A stretch of 64,000 nucleotides of DNA from the NCBI GenBank assembly GCA_965246715.1, contig CBDFFH010000041.1:64001-128000 (forward strand), read 5' to 3'. The notes under the pieces are model-generated. The model was not told where the DNA came from and ran no database searches. It saw nothing but the letters and a program-made list of their open reading frames with translations. A program made the translations under genes and the position numbers. The first letter of the stretch is position 1. Every line of letters begins with the position of its first letter. Origin of the DNA: Chamaesiphon sp. GTDB lineage: Bacteria; Cyanobacteriota; Cyanobacteriia; Cyanobacteriales; Chamaesiphonaceae. Below are positions 9,537 through 21,000 of this stretch, piece after piece.

Positions 9537-10595
9537 TTGCAGACACCGCATAGTGGCTATCATTGGAACGGAACAGATCCAGGATTTTTTGAGGGGTGGT
9601 ATTTTCGGGTGACGTTGCCGAAAATTCGCGAATCTTTTGCGTTTATGTATTCAATTGAAGATCCGCTCGGCAAAAATTCACATAGTGGTGGAGCCGCGCA
9701 ACTATTAGGGATTAGTGAAGAATATCTGTCAGCATCTTTTCCCGAGCCGAGCAAGTTTTGGGCGACTGGAGACTGTTTAAGCTTAGGACATTGGGGAGAA
9801 ACCGATTTAGATATTGCCCCACAACAGCTACCAATTGTCGAATTCGATCGATCCGTCAAACGTGGCTATCAAGTTGCCGCTACCTTACATCAAGGCGCAC
9901 TCCCCGAACTAGACTGTCGTTGGTGCTATGATACTGTCCCCATCTATGGCTGGGGAAATCCCTACCAACCACAACAGGCTACCGCTGGGTTGTTATCCTT
10001 CTTGCCAATCTTTGAACCTGGATGGCAGATTTTGATGGCGCATGGTTTGGCGACGGGCTGGATCGAATGGCGCGGCGAGAGATATAACTTTAATAACACA
10101 CCAGCTTATAGTGAGAAAAACTGGGGACGCTCTTTTCCCGAGAAGTGGTTTTGGCTAAATTGCAATAGTTTTACAGACACCGTAGGCTTAGCAATTACCG
10201 CAGGTGGCGGAAGACGTAAAGTATTGTGGAACACTGAAGAAGTAGCGATGATTGGCATCCATTATCGCGATCGATTTTATGAATTTGTGCCGTGGAATTC
10301 CCAAATCCATTGGCAAATTCAACCCTGGGGAGAATGGCGAATGCAAGCCACCAACCCCGACTTTCAAATCGAGCTAACAGGTACCACTGACTTAGCTGGT
10401 ACGATGGTAAGTACGCCCACAGAAAGCGGCTTGGTCATGTGTTGTCGCGATACACTCAAAGGTCGATTGTCGATCGAATTATCTACCCGTCGCGGCGATC
10501 GAATTATTAAGGCAAGCAGTATTAATGCTGGCTTAGAAATTGGCGGCGATGGTTGGGATCGAGCTTGGATAAATTCAATGAACAACGAACAGTGA
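9537..10595 (+). CDS. vte1: Tocopherol cyclase
   Basis: QTPHSGYHW, FFEGWYF, YSEKNWG.SFP.KWFW; adjacent to hpt. Confidence 0.93.
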   Translation: MQTPHSGYHWNGTDPGFFEGWYFRVTLPKIRESFAFMYSIEDPLGKNSHSGGAAQLLGISEEYLSASFPEPSKFWATGDCLSLGHWGETDLDIAPQQLPIVEFDRSVKRGYQVAATLHQGALPELDCRWCYDTVPIYGWGNPYQPQQATAGLLSFLPIFEPGWQILMAHGLATGWIEWRGERYNFNNTPAYSEKNWGRSFPEKWFWLNCNSFTDTVGLAITAGGGRRKVLWNTEEVAMIGIHYRDRFYEFVPWNSQIHWQIQPWGEWRMQATNPDFQIELTGTTDLAGTMVSTPTESGLVMCCRDTLKGRLSIELSTRRGDRIIKASSINAGLEIGGDGWDRAWINSMNNEQ

Positions 10596-10641
10596 ACAGC
10601 GAACAGTGAATAATTACTAATTATATTTTGAATAATTTATC

Positions 10642-10884
10642 ATGACAGAATCTACGCCCAACTCTACAACTGAAACTTACGATTTATGGCAATCTAAACC
10701 CTGGTGGTGTCAGCCGTGGACGATTATTCTAACTGGCATAATCATCATCGCTAGTAATTGGTCGATCTTTCACACGATCTGGTTGACTATAGTTGTGGCT
10801 GTGGCGATCGTCGTCTGGTGGACTTATTTTCTGATTATCGTTCCACATCTATTAAAGGAGCAATCGAGTCGATCGATCGGCTAA
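10642..10884 (+). CDS. Small membrane protein (DUF6737-like)
   Basis: KPWWCQPWTIILTG...WWTYFL. Confidence 0.75.
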   Translation: MTESTPNSTTETYDLWQSKPWWCQPWTIILTGIIIIASNWSIFHTIWLTIVVAVAIVVWWTYFLIIVPHLLKEQSSRSIG

Positions 10885-10921
10885 CATCGGTAAAATATTT
10901 TTTGATGTTTGATAAAAATTA

Positions 10922-11020
10922 ATGGATTATAATATTCATCCTCTCAAGCGATTGTTATCTTATGGAAAACAATATCGCGGACAAACTTGGCAAGCAATAA
11001 TCTGGTCGATCTTCAATATA
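10922..11020 (+). pseudogene. N-terminal stub of ABC exporter (fused permease/ATPase)
   Basis: MDYNIHPLKRLLSYGKQYRGQTWQAIIWSIFN matches the usual N-terminus of this cyanobacterial family, then runs into an antisense gene. Confidence 0.65.
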
Positions 11021-12362
11021 CGAGTCCGAACACCAAAGGGAGAGCTGATTATTTGCTGCCAGAAGCTTGCTCTAGCAGTGACTCTCGATCGAGTCTCGGT
11101 ATTTCACTTAGCAGCTCTAACCGATCGGGCGGAACTTTTTGTAAAATTTGTTGCTTTAGATCGAGCGGTGTCAGTGGATTTGCGGCAACTGCCAGATCGA
11201 GCTTGAGATAATTATGTTTGGGCAATCTTTCTAAGATTGTTGCTGACACATTAGGATGATGAGCGATGGAGATCCAACACGAGATACCTTGATGATAAAT
11301 ATCTTTTTTGATGCGTACATCTTTTGGATCTGTTCGAGGAAACTCATCGTCAGTTAATAACTCAAGATCGTCAGTAGATGTTTCATCCTCAAATAAATCT
11401 TCCTCCTCAAACAAATATCTATTCTGAGAGTCATTAGGACATTCAAAATCCCACTTACTATAGTAATCTAATATAGATTCTGGTGTGTTCGATTGCCCGA
11501 TTAAGTAATGTGCTATATCTCTAAAATTTGAGCAATTATCCCTGGTAGCAATTGCCAAAGCGAATATTTGTTGTAAAATTTCTACAGCTAGATTTTCTCG
11601 ACGCAAGATAGCTCGTTCGTCATAATCTAACAGTCTCAGTAAAATTGTGGTATCTGCATTCGGATGTTTTGCGAGTGCGTCTCGAACCTCTGTTTCCTTA
11701 TTCTCCAGCAAGTTTGCTAAACCAGTATCAGACGTGCTGGGATTCTTAGCAACTGCAAGTTGAATTTTGTAAACGCGATCGAGTGCCAATTCGTTCAAGG
11801 TTTCTGGGCTAGCCGATGGATTTTGGGCTACCTGCAACCGAATCCAATCCCACTTACTTTTGCCCAATGATGCTAATTATGCTGGATCTGTTTCCCAATT
11901 ACTGGCGATCGATTGTTGCAGATCGATCGATTCCATCGCTGCTGACGGACAATTATGATTGTGCTGGGTTGCCAATCTGACAGCTAACTCTATATCTCCT
12001 AACAAATTTTCTAGTACCGCACCAGGAGTATCTAGAGACTCTGCTACCTGTAAACGTGGCTCTAAACTGTCTTCCTGAGCCAAACGCGCGAGAAACTTAA
12101 TTCGATCGCGGCGCAATAAATGGGGACTTTTTAATGCTTCCATGAGATGACTCGCGGGTACCCATTCGCTCAAAAATTCCGGTGGTACCGTACCGAGTTT
12201 GAGTAATTCTACTGCAAGGCGATCGTTTTGTCCCAGTTGCGCCGTGTGGAAGATAGCATCGATTTCTTCCCGTCCGTCGGTGGTGAGTTCTCCTACATAA
12301 TTGACATGGAGCTTGGCAACTGCGGCGATTTCTGGCTCGGCTCGATCGACTAATAGCAGCAA
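11021..12362 (-). pseudogene. HEAT/LRV-repeat protein fragment
   Basis: Repeated VAxNPST/HPN motifs; ORFs 11877-12362 and 11049-11867 are in one frame separated by TAA. Confidence 0.8.
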
Positions 12363-12422
12363 AGTTATCTGAATAAAATTCTTAGAGCGTTCGACTTGCG
12401 AACAGCTATTAATGCTGATAAA

Positions 12423-12454
12423 AATGGGTCGCTCCTAGCTAGGAGCGACCCATT
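12423..12454 (-). terminator. Perfect 32-bp palindrome downstream of ycf35
   Basis: AATGGGTCGCTCCTAG|CTAGGAGCGACCCATT flanked by A and T runs. Confidence 0.75.
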
Positions 12455-12479
12455 CTTTTGATAACGCGCAGACTGGTTA

Positions 12480-12833
12480 CTATTGGAGAACCAATGTAAC
12501 GTTGGCATTTTGAAGACCACCGCGTTGTTGAACTTCGGATAAAGTCTTGTTGACTGCGTATTTTTGGTTGATCGAGTTAATTAACTCGGTTTGGTTGTGC
12601 TTTTTAGCAACGCCCCAGAGGTCAGCGATAAGGTCGAAAGAACCATCGCTATTGCGAGACCAACCTAAATCGTAATCGCCTTCTAAGATAGCTACAATGT
12701 CGGCACGTACGCGCTGACCTTGATAGCCACGAAGATCGGTTTCAGTTTTTACGTTGATACCGAGGTCGCGCAGAGAAGTTTTGAGAGTTTCTGCGTCGGT
12801 GATTTTGGTACGGAGAGTGCTGAAGTGAGACAT
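12480..12833 (-). CDS. ycf35: DUF1257 (Ycf35) protein
   Basis: MSHFSTLRTKI...DLIADLWG...INQKYA; GGAGG RBS. Confidence 0.88.
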   Translation of the reverse strand: MSHFSTLRTKITDAETLKTSLRDLGINVKTETDLRGYQGQRVRADIVAILEGDYDLGWSRNSDGSFDLIADLWGVAKKHNQTELINSINQKYAVNKTLSEVQQRGGLQNANVTLVLQ

Positions 12834-13005
12834 ATCGATTTCCTCCAATAAATATTGAGCTAAGAGAAACGACAACTTGAACTATTCGGGCACGCAATCT
12901 TGTTGTAAACTAGATTGTGTTCGGTCTCCTCGCTAGTGTCGATAGGTTTATTATTCCCCGATCGGACTTTCTAGCACCTTGACTCCGTTGGGCGGAGCAA
13001 GCTTT

Positions 13006-14514
13006 TTAAAACTCCAGTCGATGGTATTCCGCGACTGAGGCAGCGGCGGGACGCGCTCGCTGTCTTGCCCAATCTCGCAGAGCAGTTACCTGCTCTGTCA
13101 TTGTCCGCGAGAGGGGCAGAGTAGCTTTAATGGCGGCGATGATATCCAGTTGGGTAAATTCCCGATCCTGGGCGAAAGCATCATACATTGCCGCGATTAG
13201 AGCTTGTTCTATTTCAGCTCCCGAGAAACCATCGGCAACTTTTGACAGTTGCTCTAGGTCGAAGCGATCTAAATCTCGGTGACGCTTACTCAAGTGAATT
13301 TTAAATACAGCTTCGCGCTCGGACTGAGTAGGTAAGTCTACGAAGAAGATTTCATCAAATCGTCCTTTGCGTAAGAATTCCCCTGGTAGTCGTTCGACGC
13401 GGTTGGCTGTCGCCATCACGAAGATGGGTGAGGTTTTTTCCTGCATCCAAGTCAGAAAGGAACCAAATATCCGGCTGGACGTACCGCCATCGGAATCAGC
13501 TGAACCCGATGTTCCGGCAAACGCTTTATCGAGTTCGTCGATAAATAAGATTGCTGGCGAGATCGACTCGGCAGTTTTGAGCGCGCCACGGAGGTTTGCT
13601 TCAGAGCGCCCGACCATCGAACCGTCGTATACCCGACCCATGTCCAAACGGAGTAAGGGTAAACCCCAGAGTCTGGATGTGGTTTTGGCAATAAGCGACT
13701 TCCCACAACCAGGTACTCCCAAAATGAGCATCCCTTTGGGTTGTGGCAGTCCGTAGCCGCGCGCCCGTTCGGAGAAGGCTCCAGAACGTTGAACCAACCA
13801 TCCCTTAAGTTCTTCCAAACCGCCGACAGAATCGATTGTTTCATCTTCTTCGATGAACTCTAGAATTCCGTTCCGGCGAATTAGTTGCTTTTTCTCAGAT
13901 AGTACGATGTCAACTTCGGCTTCGGTAATTTTGCCGCGTTTGACATAGGCTTTCCGATAGACTTTCTCAGCCTCATCTTTGGTCAAACCCAATGAAGCTT
14001 TGAGGAGTTTTTCACGCCCTTCGGCCGAGAGCCGATTTTGACGAGTACGGTCTAGTTGCTGCGTTAGCACTCGATCGAGTGAGGCTAAATCGGGTAATGC
14101 AAAATCTAGGACTACTACTTCCTTCTCCAGTTCGATCGGAATCTGCTGAATCGGTGACATCAGAATGATTACTTTCTGCGTTCCTTGGAAGCTAGTAATG
14201 GCATCGCGGATCCATCTCGTCACCGCTGCGGAATCTTTGAACGGGTGTAAGTCCTTGAACACAAAGATCGCTGGATCTTTTTGTCGGGTCGTCCACTCGA
14301 TCGCCGCCTCCGGCGAGATAGTATTGTGTTGAGTAGTGCGGGCTTGGCCGTACTCCACCATCCCATGAGTCAGCGTCCACACGTACATTTTGCGTGGGCT
14401 GTGCTTCATCTGCGAGATCGTGGCGATCTCTTTTTCGGCGCGATCTTCCTCGGCAGTGACGAGATAGATGAGGGGATATTGAGCTTGGATTAGAATATTT
14501 AGCTCTTCTTGCAT
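13006..14514 (-). CDS. ycf46: Ycf46 family AAA+ ATPase
   Basis: GVPGCGKS Walker A, ILFIDE Walker B, RKGRFDEIFFVDLP. Confidence 0.92.
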   Translation of the reverse strand: MQEELNILIQAQYPLIYLVTAEEDRAEKEIATISQMKHSPRKMYVWTLTHGMVEYGQARTTQHNTISPEAAIEWTTRQKDPAIFVFKDLHPFKDSAAVTRWIRDAITSFQGTQKVIILMSPIQQIPIELEKEVVVLDFALPDLASLDRVLTQQLDRTRQNRLSAEGREKLLKASLGLTKDEAEKVYRKAYVKRGKITEAEVDIVLSEKKQLIRRNGILEFIEEDETIDSVGGLEELKGWLVQRSGAFSERARGYGLPQPKGMLILGVPGCGKSLIAKTTSRLWGLPLLRLDMGRVYDGSMVGRSEANLRGALKTAESISPAILFIDELDKAFAGTSGSADSDGGTSSRIFGSFLTWMQEKTSPIFVMATANRVERLPGEFLRKGRFDEIFFVDLPTQSEREAVFKIHLSKRHRDLDRFDLEQLSKVADGFSGAEIEQALIAAMYDAFAQDREFTQLDIIAAIKATLPLSRTMTEQVTALRDWARQRARPAAASVAEYHRLEF

Positions 14515-14587
14515 GACTATCTATGCCTCAAAAGATGATGACTACGCCAGCCTCAATTTCCTACCACGATCGTAGTCAAGAGAGTCA

Positions 14588-14938
14588 TTACCCGGCAGCT
14601 ACTGCTAGATCTTGCTGCGGTTGAGCGCGGTCGCAAGCTGCCGCTTCCTCCGCTCGTAAATTTGAAAGATCTTCAGTGAGTATCCCTGGTTGTTGGCCGA
14701 GAGCTACCATCTCGCCATCTCTGATTACGACCGGATGTTCGCACTCAGGACAGTTATAGATTTGATGAGTCGAACCATGCAACTCGATGCCATCTACCAC
14801 ATCAGAATGAGTGAGGTAAAAGTCCACAGCTTTCTCTACGATGTTAGACATCGATTCAGCATCTACTGCCGAACGGATCTTCAACTGACGATGTAGCTGT
14901 GGGGGCAGGTACAAGGTGACCTTTTGCTTGTCTTCCAT
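14588..14938 (-). CDS. Ribbon-helix-helix protein with CxxC motif, first gene of ycf46 operon
   Basis: MEDKQKVTLYLPPQLHRQLKIRSAV...CPEC. Confidence 0.8.
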   Translation of the reverse strand: MEDKQKVTLYLPPQLHRQLKIRSAVDAESMSNIVEKAVDFYLTHSDVVDGIELHGSTHQIYNCPECEHPVVIRDGEMVALGQQPGILTEDLSNLRAEEAAACDRAQPQQDLAVAAG

Positions 14939-15120
14939 ACGATTCTCAACTGCTTTACCCGGGTATAAAAGTAATCTAACGTATCGAGATCGGACTGTCA
15001 AGCTGGTAAAACATTTTAACGTCATATCTTAACTTTTGTTTACATTAATAGAGAGATTAGTAAAAATGTTGAACTGATAAGGTGGATCTTTTGGGGCTGT
15101 GTCTAAAATTAATTGCTAAT

Positions 15121-15543
15121 CTATTCAGTCATTTTTCGGATAAATTCCAAGGGTAGATTGTCAGGATCGGCGATGAAGGTGACTTCATAGACTGTTTCGC
15201 CGATCGATTGTTGGGCAGGGGCGAGTAAGATTTTTGGAGTAGATTGAGTAGCTGCTTGGAGTCGGTCGGACAAAGCACCCAACCAGTCGGTGAGATTTGT
15301 AGTCGCTGCTGTCAGATCGAAGGAAAGATGATAGTAACCAACATAATGCTCGTCATTAAAAGCATCTGGAGCTGGCTTGGGTTCGGGAATTTGGATTAAC
15401 TCGATCCTGCCGAGCGCGCCCTCCATCCAGCAAGCCAGAGTATAACCAGTAGTAAATCTTTCGCTCACATCAAATCCCAGGCATTCATAAAATGCGATCG
15501 ATCGATGAATATTAGCAGTCCGAATCGAAGCATGGTGAAACAT
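15121..15543 (-). CDS. VOC/glyoxalase family protein
   Basis: HHASIRT, GYYHLSF, FIADPDNLPLEF. Confidence 0.88.
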   Translation of the reverse strand: MFHHASIRTANIHRSIAFYECLGFDVSERFTTGYTLACWMEGALGRIELIQIPEPKPAPDAFNDEHYVGYYHLSFDLTAATTNLTDWLGALSDRLQAATQSTPKILLAPAQQSIGETVYEVTFIADPDNLPLEFIRKMTE

Positions 15544-15637
15544 AATCTAGGGGATAGGGGATAGGGAATTAATGACTAGTGCCGATCGCCCAAATCGCCG
15601 ATAATACCTGGATATCGATCGAAGGGTGTGAGAGACA

Positions 15638-16918
15638 ATGTATAAGATAACTAATTTTCGGCGGTTTCTAATTTGTGGATTGTTGGGACTGATTTTAACC
15701 GGGGTGGTAAGTTGCCTAAAATCGCCGAGTGCGAGTAGTCCACAGTTAGAATTTTGGACGATGCAACTTCAGCCTAAGTTTAATGACTATTTTAAAGATG
15801 CGATCGCTAAATTTGAAGCAACTAATCCCGGTACGAAAGTTCATTGGGTAGATGTACCTTGGAGTGCGATGCAGGGCAAGATTCAAGCCTCAATGGCGGC
15901 CAAAACCGCTCCCGATGTCGTCAATCTCAATCCAGATTTTGCTATCCAACTGGCAACTAAAAATGCTTGGCTGGATTTAGATACAGCTTTAACTAAAGGT
16001 GAAAATAAGGAATATCTCCCACGGATCTGGCAAGCTGGCACCCTCAATGGCAAGGCATTTAGTTTTCCCTGGTATTTGACTACCAATGTCACGATCTTCA
16101 ATCAAGAGCTGCTAACCAAGGCGGGTATTGCCAAACCGCCAGCAACTTATCAAGAATTAGCCCAAGCTGCCAAACAAATTAAAGACAAAACTGGCAAATA
16201 TGCCTTCTTTACTACTTTCGTCGCCGAAGATAGTAACGACGTGCTCGAATCCTTCGTCCAAATGGGTGTTGAATTAGTAAATAAAGATGGCAAAGCTGCA
16301 TTTAATACACCGGCTGGAAAAGCAGCTTTTCAATATTGGGTGGATCTCTACAAACAAGGTTTATTGCCCAAGGAAAGCCTAACACAGGGTCACAAACAAG
16401 GAATTCAACTGTATCAATCTGGCGAGACAGCGATGCTGTTTGCTGGGGCACCATTTATCGATACGATCGCCAAAAATGCCCCACAAATTGCTAAAGTATC
16501 AGCCGTCGCGCCCCAAATTACCGGACAAACTGGTAAAAAAGGCGTAGCCGTGATGAATCTCGTGATTCCCCGCACCACAAATAAACCAGAAGCTGCGGTT
16601 AAATTTGCGTTATTTGTGACTAATGCAACGAATCAACTCGCTTTTGCCCAAGCTTCAGATACCTTACCTTCAAACGATCGAGCCATTACCGACTATAAAG
16701 CTAAATTGGGCGGTAGTGCGGACAAATCTGCGCTAGCACAAGGAAAACTCATTAGTGCGGAACAACTATCACAATCCGATGTGTTGATTCCGCCATTGAA
16801 AAATATCAACGTGCTGAAAAAAGCCATCTATGAAAATCTCCAAGCAGCAATGAGCGGCGAAAAAACTGTCGAGCAAGCCGTAACTTTAGCAGCTAGTACT
16901 TGGGATGCAGCGAAGTAA
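15638..16918 (+). CDS. Sugar ABC transporter substrate-binding lipoprotein
   Basis: Lipobox VVSC; EFWTMQL, PDVVNLNP, PWYL. Confidence 0.9.
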   Translation: MYKITNFRRFLICGLLGLILTGVVSCLKSPSASSPQLEFWTMQLQPKFNDYFKDAIAKFEATNPGTKVHWVDVPWSAMQGKIQASMAAKTAPDVVNLNPDFAIQLATKNAWLDLDTALTKGENKEYLPRIWQAGTLNGKAFSFPWYLTTNVTIFNQELLTKAGIAKPPATYQELAQAAKQIKDKTGKYAFFTTFVAEDSNDVLESFVQMGVELVNKDGKAAFNTPAGKAAFQYWVDLYKQGLLPKESLTQGHKQGIQLYQSGETAMLFAGAPFIDTIAKNAPQIAKVSAVAPQITGQTGKKGVAVMNLVIPRTTNKPEAAVKFALFVTNATNQLAFAQASDTLPSNDRAITDYKAKLGGSADKSALAQGKLISAEQLSQSDVLIPPLKNINVLKKAIYENLQAAMSGEKTVEQAVTLAASTWDAAK

Positions 16919-16987
16919 TCGTCATCGATTATGATTGACATGACTAGAAAAATTCATCACTCGATCGCGACTAGATTAAGCTAAATT

Positions 16988-17587
16988 ATGTCAAGCTCCA
17001 GAACTGATTGGTTCCCTACTCCCATTTGGCATTTCTCAATCGATAATTATCAGCAATTAAACACCGTTCTGTTGGCAGAAATCGATCGCGAGCAGCAGCG
17101 CGATTGTCGAGGCGAGCAGTTGTCAAATATTCTAGGATGGCACAGTGCGAGTAATTTGCACAAACTCGATATCTTCGCTGAATTGACACATATAATCGAT
17201 CGCAATGTAATCGAAGTAGCAACATTTCTGCGCTGGGATTTACAGAGAATTTCTACTAATATCACTACTTGCTGGGCGATGGTGAATGGTAAGTATGCTT
17301 CAAATGCTCTGCACAATCATCCCAACTCGGTCTTGAGTGGGGTTTATTATCTCAAAACACCTGAAAATTGTGGAGTTTTGAGTTTTAGCGATCCGCGCTC
17401 GGCTGCACAGATGTTAAATCCGCCAATAGTGGAGTTTAACTTATGGACTCTACCGAAAATCAGCTATAAGCCCGAAGCCGGGATGATGTTATTGTTTCCC
17501 AGTTGGCTCCTACATGGCGTGGAAACTAACATGAGTGAAGATACCCGCATCAGCGTAAGTTTTAATATTGGGATGTTAGCGAAGTAA
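16988..17587 (+). CDS. 2OG-Fe(II) oxygenase (TIGR02466-like)
   Basis: FPTPIW, HNHPNS..SGVYY, FPSWLLHGV, RISVSFN. Confidence 0.88.
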   Translation: MSSSRTDWFPTPIWHFSIDNYQQLNTVLLAEIDREQQRDCRGEQLSNILGWHSASNLHKLDIFAELTHIIDRNVIEVATFLRWDLQRISTNITTCWAMVNGKYASNALHNHPNSVLSGVYYLKTPENCGVLSFSDPRSAAQMLNPPIVEFNLWTLPKISYKPEAGMMLLFPSWLLHGVETNMSEDTRISVSFNIGMLAK

Positions 17588-17614
17588 GTAGTGCATTACA
17601 AAAACAACTTTATT

Positions 17615-17646
17615 AGATCGTCACGCTGATGTGACGATCTTTTTTT
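17615..17646 (+). terminator. Intrinsic terminator
   Basis: AGATCGTCAC/GTGACGATCT followed by a T-run. Confidence 0.8.
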
Positions 17647-17824
17647 ACGCATAAACACTAATATTGACTTGAGTATAGTAGCGATATTTACGTATTGCTA
17701 ATACGTTTAGCTTGCACTTAGGATAAATTCGATTGTGAATTTAGTTGCTCGATCGAGTATTGCCATTCAATACCAACTAATATTTCGTTCTTACACGCTA
17801 TAACTCACACATTCGCTAGCGGAA

Positions 17825-17868
17825 ATTAACCTTAGATTAATAGTCACATAACCTAACGATCGTACAAT
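17825..17868 (+). promoter_or_regulatory. Candidate SphR/Pho box plus -10 element
   Basis: ATTAACCT-n3-ATTAATAG-n3-CATAACCT (11-bp period) followed by TACAAT at 17863. Confidence 0.55.
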
Positions 17869-18059
17869 CTGCTATTGGCTAGAATTTTTCAACTTTGTAA
17901 ATTTCTGTTGAATAAAAAATATTTATAGTTTTGCCCTACAAATGTGGGAACGCTTACTTTAATTATTGCAATTCTCAAAGAGTTGTGACTTCACTGGTTT
18001 TTTAGAACCGTTGCTAATTTCTCGATCGAAGAATCTTTATCTATTAAAAGTCAAGACTT

Positions 18060-21000
18060 ATGGCGATTATCATTTCCGAAGTGAATCCTTCCGGTAGTAC
18101 CAGATCCTATGGAGCTGACTGGTTTGAAGTAACGAATACTGGCTCCTCCGCAGTAGACATCACTGGCTGGTCGATCGATGATAACTCGCATATTTCCACC
18201 GCAGCGGTTCTACTCCGAGGTTTGCTAAGCATCCCCGCTGGTAAATCGGTGGTGTTTATTGAGAACTCTTCCACCACAGTAACTGATGCAACTGTCCTTA
18301 CCAACTTCCAGACCGCATGGTTTGGAAATGCAACGACTAGTGTGCCCACAGGCTTCACCTATGGGTTTTACGGCGGATCTGGGGTCGGACTCAGTGGCTC
18401 TGGCGATGAGGTGAATCTCTTCGACGCTAAAGGTGGTTGGGTTACTGGAATCGGCTTCGGTGTCGCAACTCCTGGTGTAGCACCCGCTGCTGGACAAACC
18501 TTCGATAACACGGCTGGGGTTGCCCTTTCTGCACTCGCGGCAACAAGTCCACTTGTTTCAACCTTGAGCGTCGTGGGCACCAACGGTGCGTTCCTCTCGG
18601 CTGATAGTTTGGACATTGGCTCTCCAGGTAAGATTAGTGCGGCTGTTGTAACTCCTGCTGTAAATCTCTCCGTCAGTAGCAATGCTGGTTCTGAGACAGA
18701 TAAATCGGTAATTACCGTTACCGCCACCGCTACGAGTGCGGTTACTACCGTTCAAACAGTTGCCTTAGCTGTAACTGGTACCGGGATTACTGCTGGTGAT
18801 TATACTTTGAGCAGCCCCACAATTACGATTCCTAGTGGTGCAACTTCTGGTACTGCTACTTTCACCGTTGTCGACGACACCTTGGTTGAAGGTACTGAGA
18901 CTGCAATATTGACGATCTCAAGTCCTTCGGCGGGCATCGTACTAGGCACTACAACAACTCAAAACCTCATCATTACCGATAATGATGGTGTTATCGTTAC
19001 CCCCGTAGTAACTCCAGCGGTAAATCTCTCCATAAGTAGCAATGCTGGCTCTGAAACAGCTAAATCGGTAATTACCGTTACCGCCACCGCGACGAGTGCG
19101 GTGGCTACCGCTCAAACAGTGGCATTGGCTGTAACGGGTACCGGGATTACTGCTGGCGACTATACTCTGAGCAGCCCCACAATTACGATTCCTAGTGGCG
19201 CAACTTCTGGTACTGCTACTTTCACCGTTGTCGACGACACCTTGGTTGAAGGTACTGAGACTGCCGTATTCACAATATCGAGTCCTTCTGCGGGCATCGT
19301 CTTAGGCACTACAACAGCTCAAAACCTCATCATTACCGATAATGATGGTGTTGTCGTTCCTCCCGTAGTAACTCCGCCCAAAAATAATACCTCGATCGAC
19401 TTATCTACATACGTTCAAGTCGGTCGCTACGATCTGCCCGAACCTTCGCATCCAGGTACTGTTACACCTCCTGGCAGTTTGTTGGCACAAGAAGTCTCAG
19501 CAGTAACTTATAACTGGGATACCGATACCCTATTTGTTGAAGGCGACGGCGGTACGTCGATCGTTCAAATCGATAAGCAAGGGAAATTAATCAACTCGAT
19601 GACCCTAGCTCCCGATCCTGCTAAACCCCAGGGCACCTACTTCTACGATCCAGAAGGGTTGACCTACGTCGGTGGCGGGAAGTTTGTCTTACAGGAGGAG
19701 CGGTATCGGCAGGCGAACTTATTTACCTACGTTCCCAATGCTACGCTGTACGGTGACAAAACGGTTGATGCAGCAGGCAAAATAATTGCTGGTGGCGGAG
19801 TTCAAACTGTCAAACTCGGCACGACGATCGGAAATATCGGAACTGAAGGTATCACTTACGATCCATTTTCGAGCGGATTCGTATTAGTTAAAGAAACTGG
19901 GCCAGAAGGCATCTTCCAAACCACGATCGATTTTGCTAAAGGTACCGCATCCAACGGTTCGCCCACTACAGAGAACTCAGTCAACCTGTTCGACCCGACA
20001 ATTCTCGGTTTGGCGGATCTCGCTGATGTTTATTCTGTCTCGACGCTGGCTAGCCAGATCGGTAAAGATGATTACGACCACCTGCTAGTACTCAGTCAGG
20101 AATCGGGCAAAGTTGTCAACATCGATCGCACTGGCAAGATTTATAGCACGTTGACGATCGATCCAAAAGCTAATGGACTAACTACCCCGCTGACAAATGC
20201 TGCTGTTACTCCAAACGTCGTAGACCAATCCCATGAAGGAATCACGATGGATAAAAACGGCTTTTTGTACGTCACTAGTGAAAATGGTGGTGGTGATATC
20301 ACCCGACCCCAGCTGTGGGTATATGCCCCGACTGGCGCAGTGACTCCAAATCAAGCTCCCACGGCTGTAACGCTAAATAATCCAGTCAAGACGATCGCTC
20401 AAACCACTAGCACCACAACTGCGGTTAAAATAGCTGACATTGCGATTACCGATGACGGTAAAGGTACTAATAACCTGAGCGTGACTGGTGCTGATGCTAG
20501 CGCCTTTGAGATTAGTAGCGGTGCATTGTTCCTCAAAGCCGGAACCACGCTAAATTCGACAACCAAAGCTAGCTATAGCGCTACGGTCAATGTTGACGAC
20601 CCAACTGTTGGCACCACCCCAGATGCCAGTACGACTTTTACGCTAGGCGTTACCGGAACAGTTGTGAATCCCCCCGCATCCGCCTCGATCGTTATCACCG
20701 AGGCATCACCTTGGAGTAGCGGCAATAGTGCTTACGCTGCCGACTGGTTCGAGCTAACCAATACTGGCACCACCGCAGTGGATATCACTGGTTGGAAGAT
20801 GGATGATAACTCGAACTCCTTCGGTTCTTCGGTGGCACTCCGAGGCGTGACGAGCATCGCGGCTGGGAAGTCAGTTATCTTTATTGAAGGTCTAGCCGAT
20901 GGCTCTACCGACAAGGCGATCGATGCTAAATTCTCGACCACCTGGTTCGGCACCGAAACACCACCCGCTGGTGTTGTCATTGGCAATTACGGCGGATCGG

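Noticed and set aside
10922..11206. 94-aa ORF as a real gene
   Set aside because: Chimera of an ABC stub and antisense HEAT-gene sequence.
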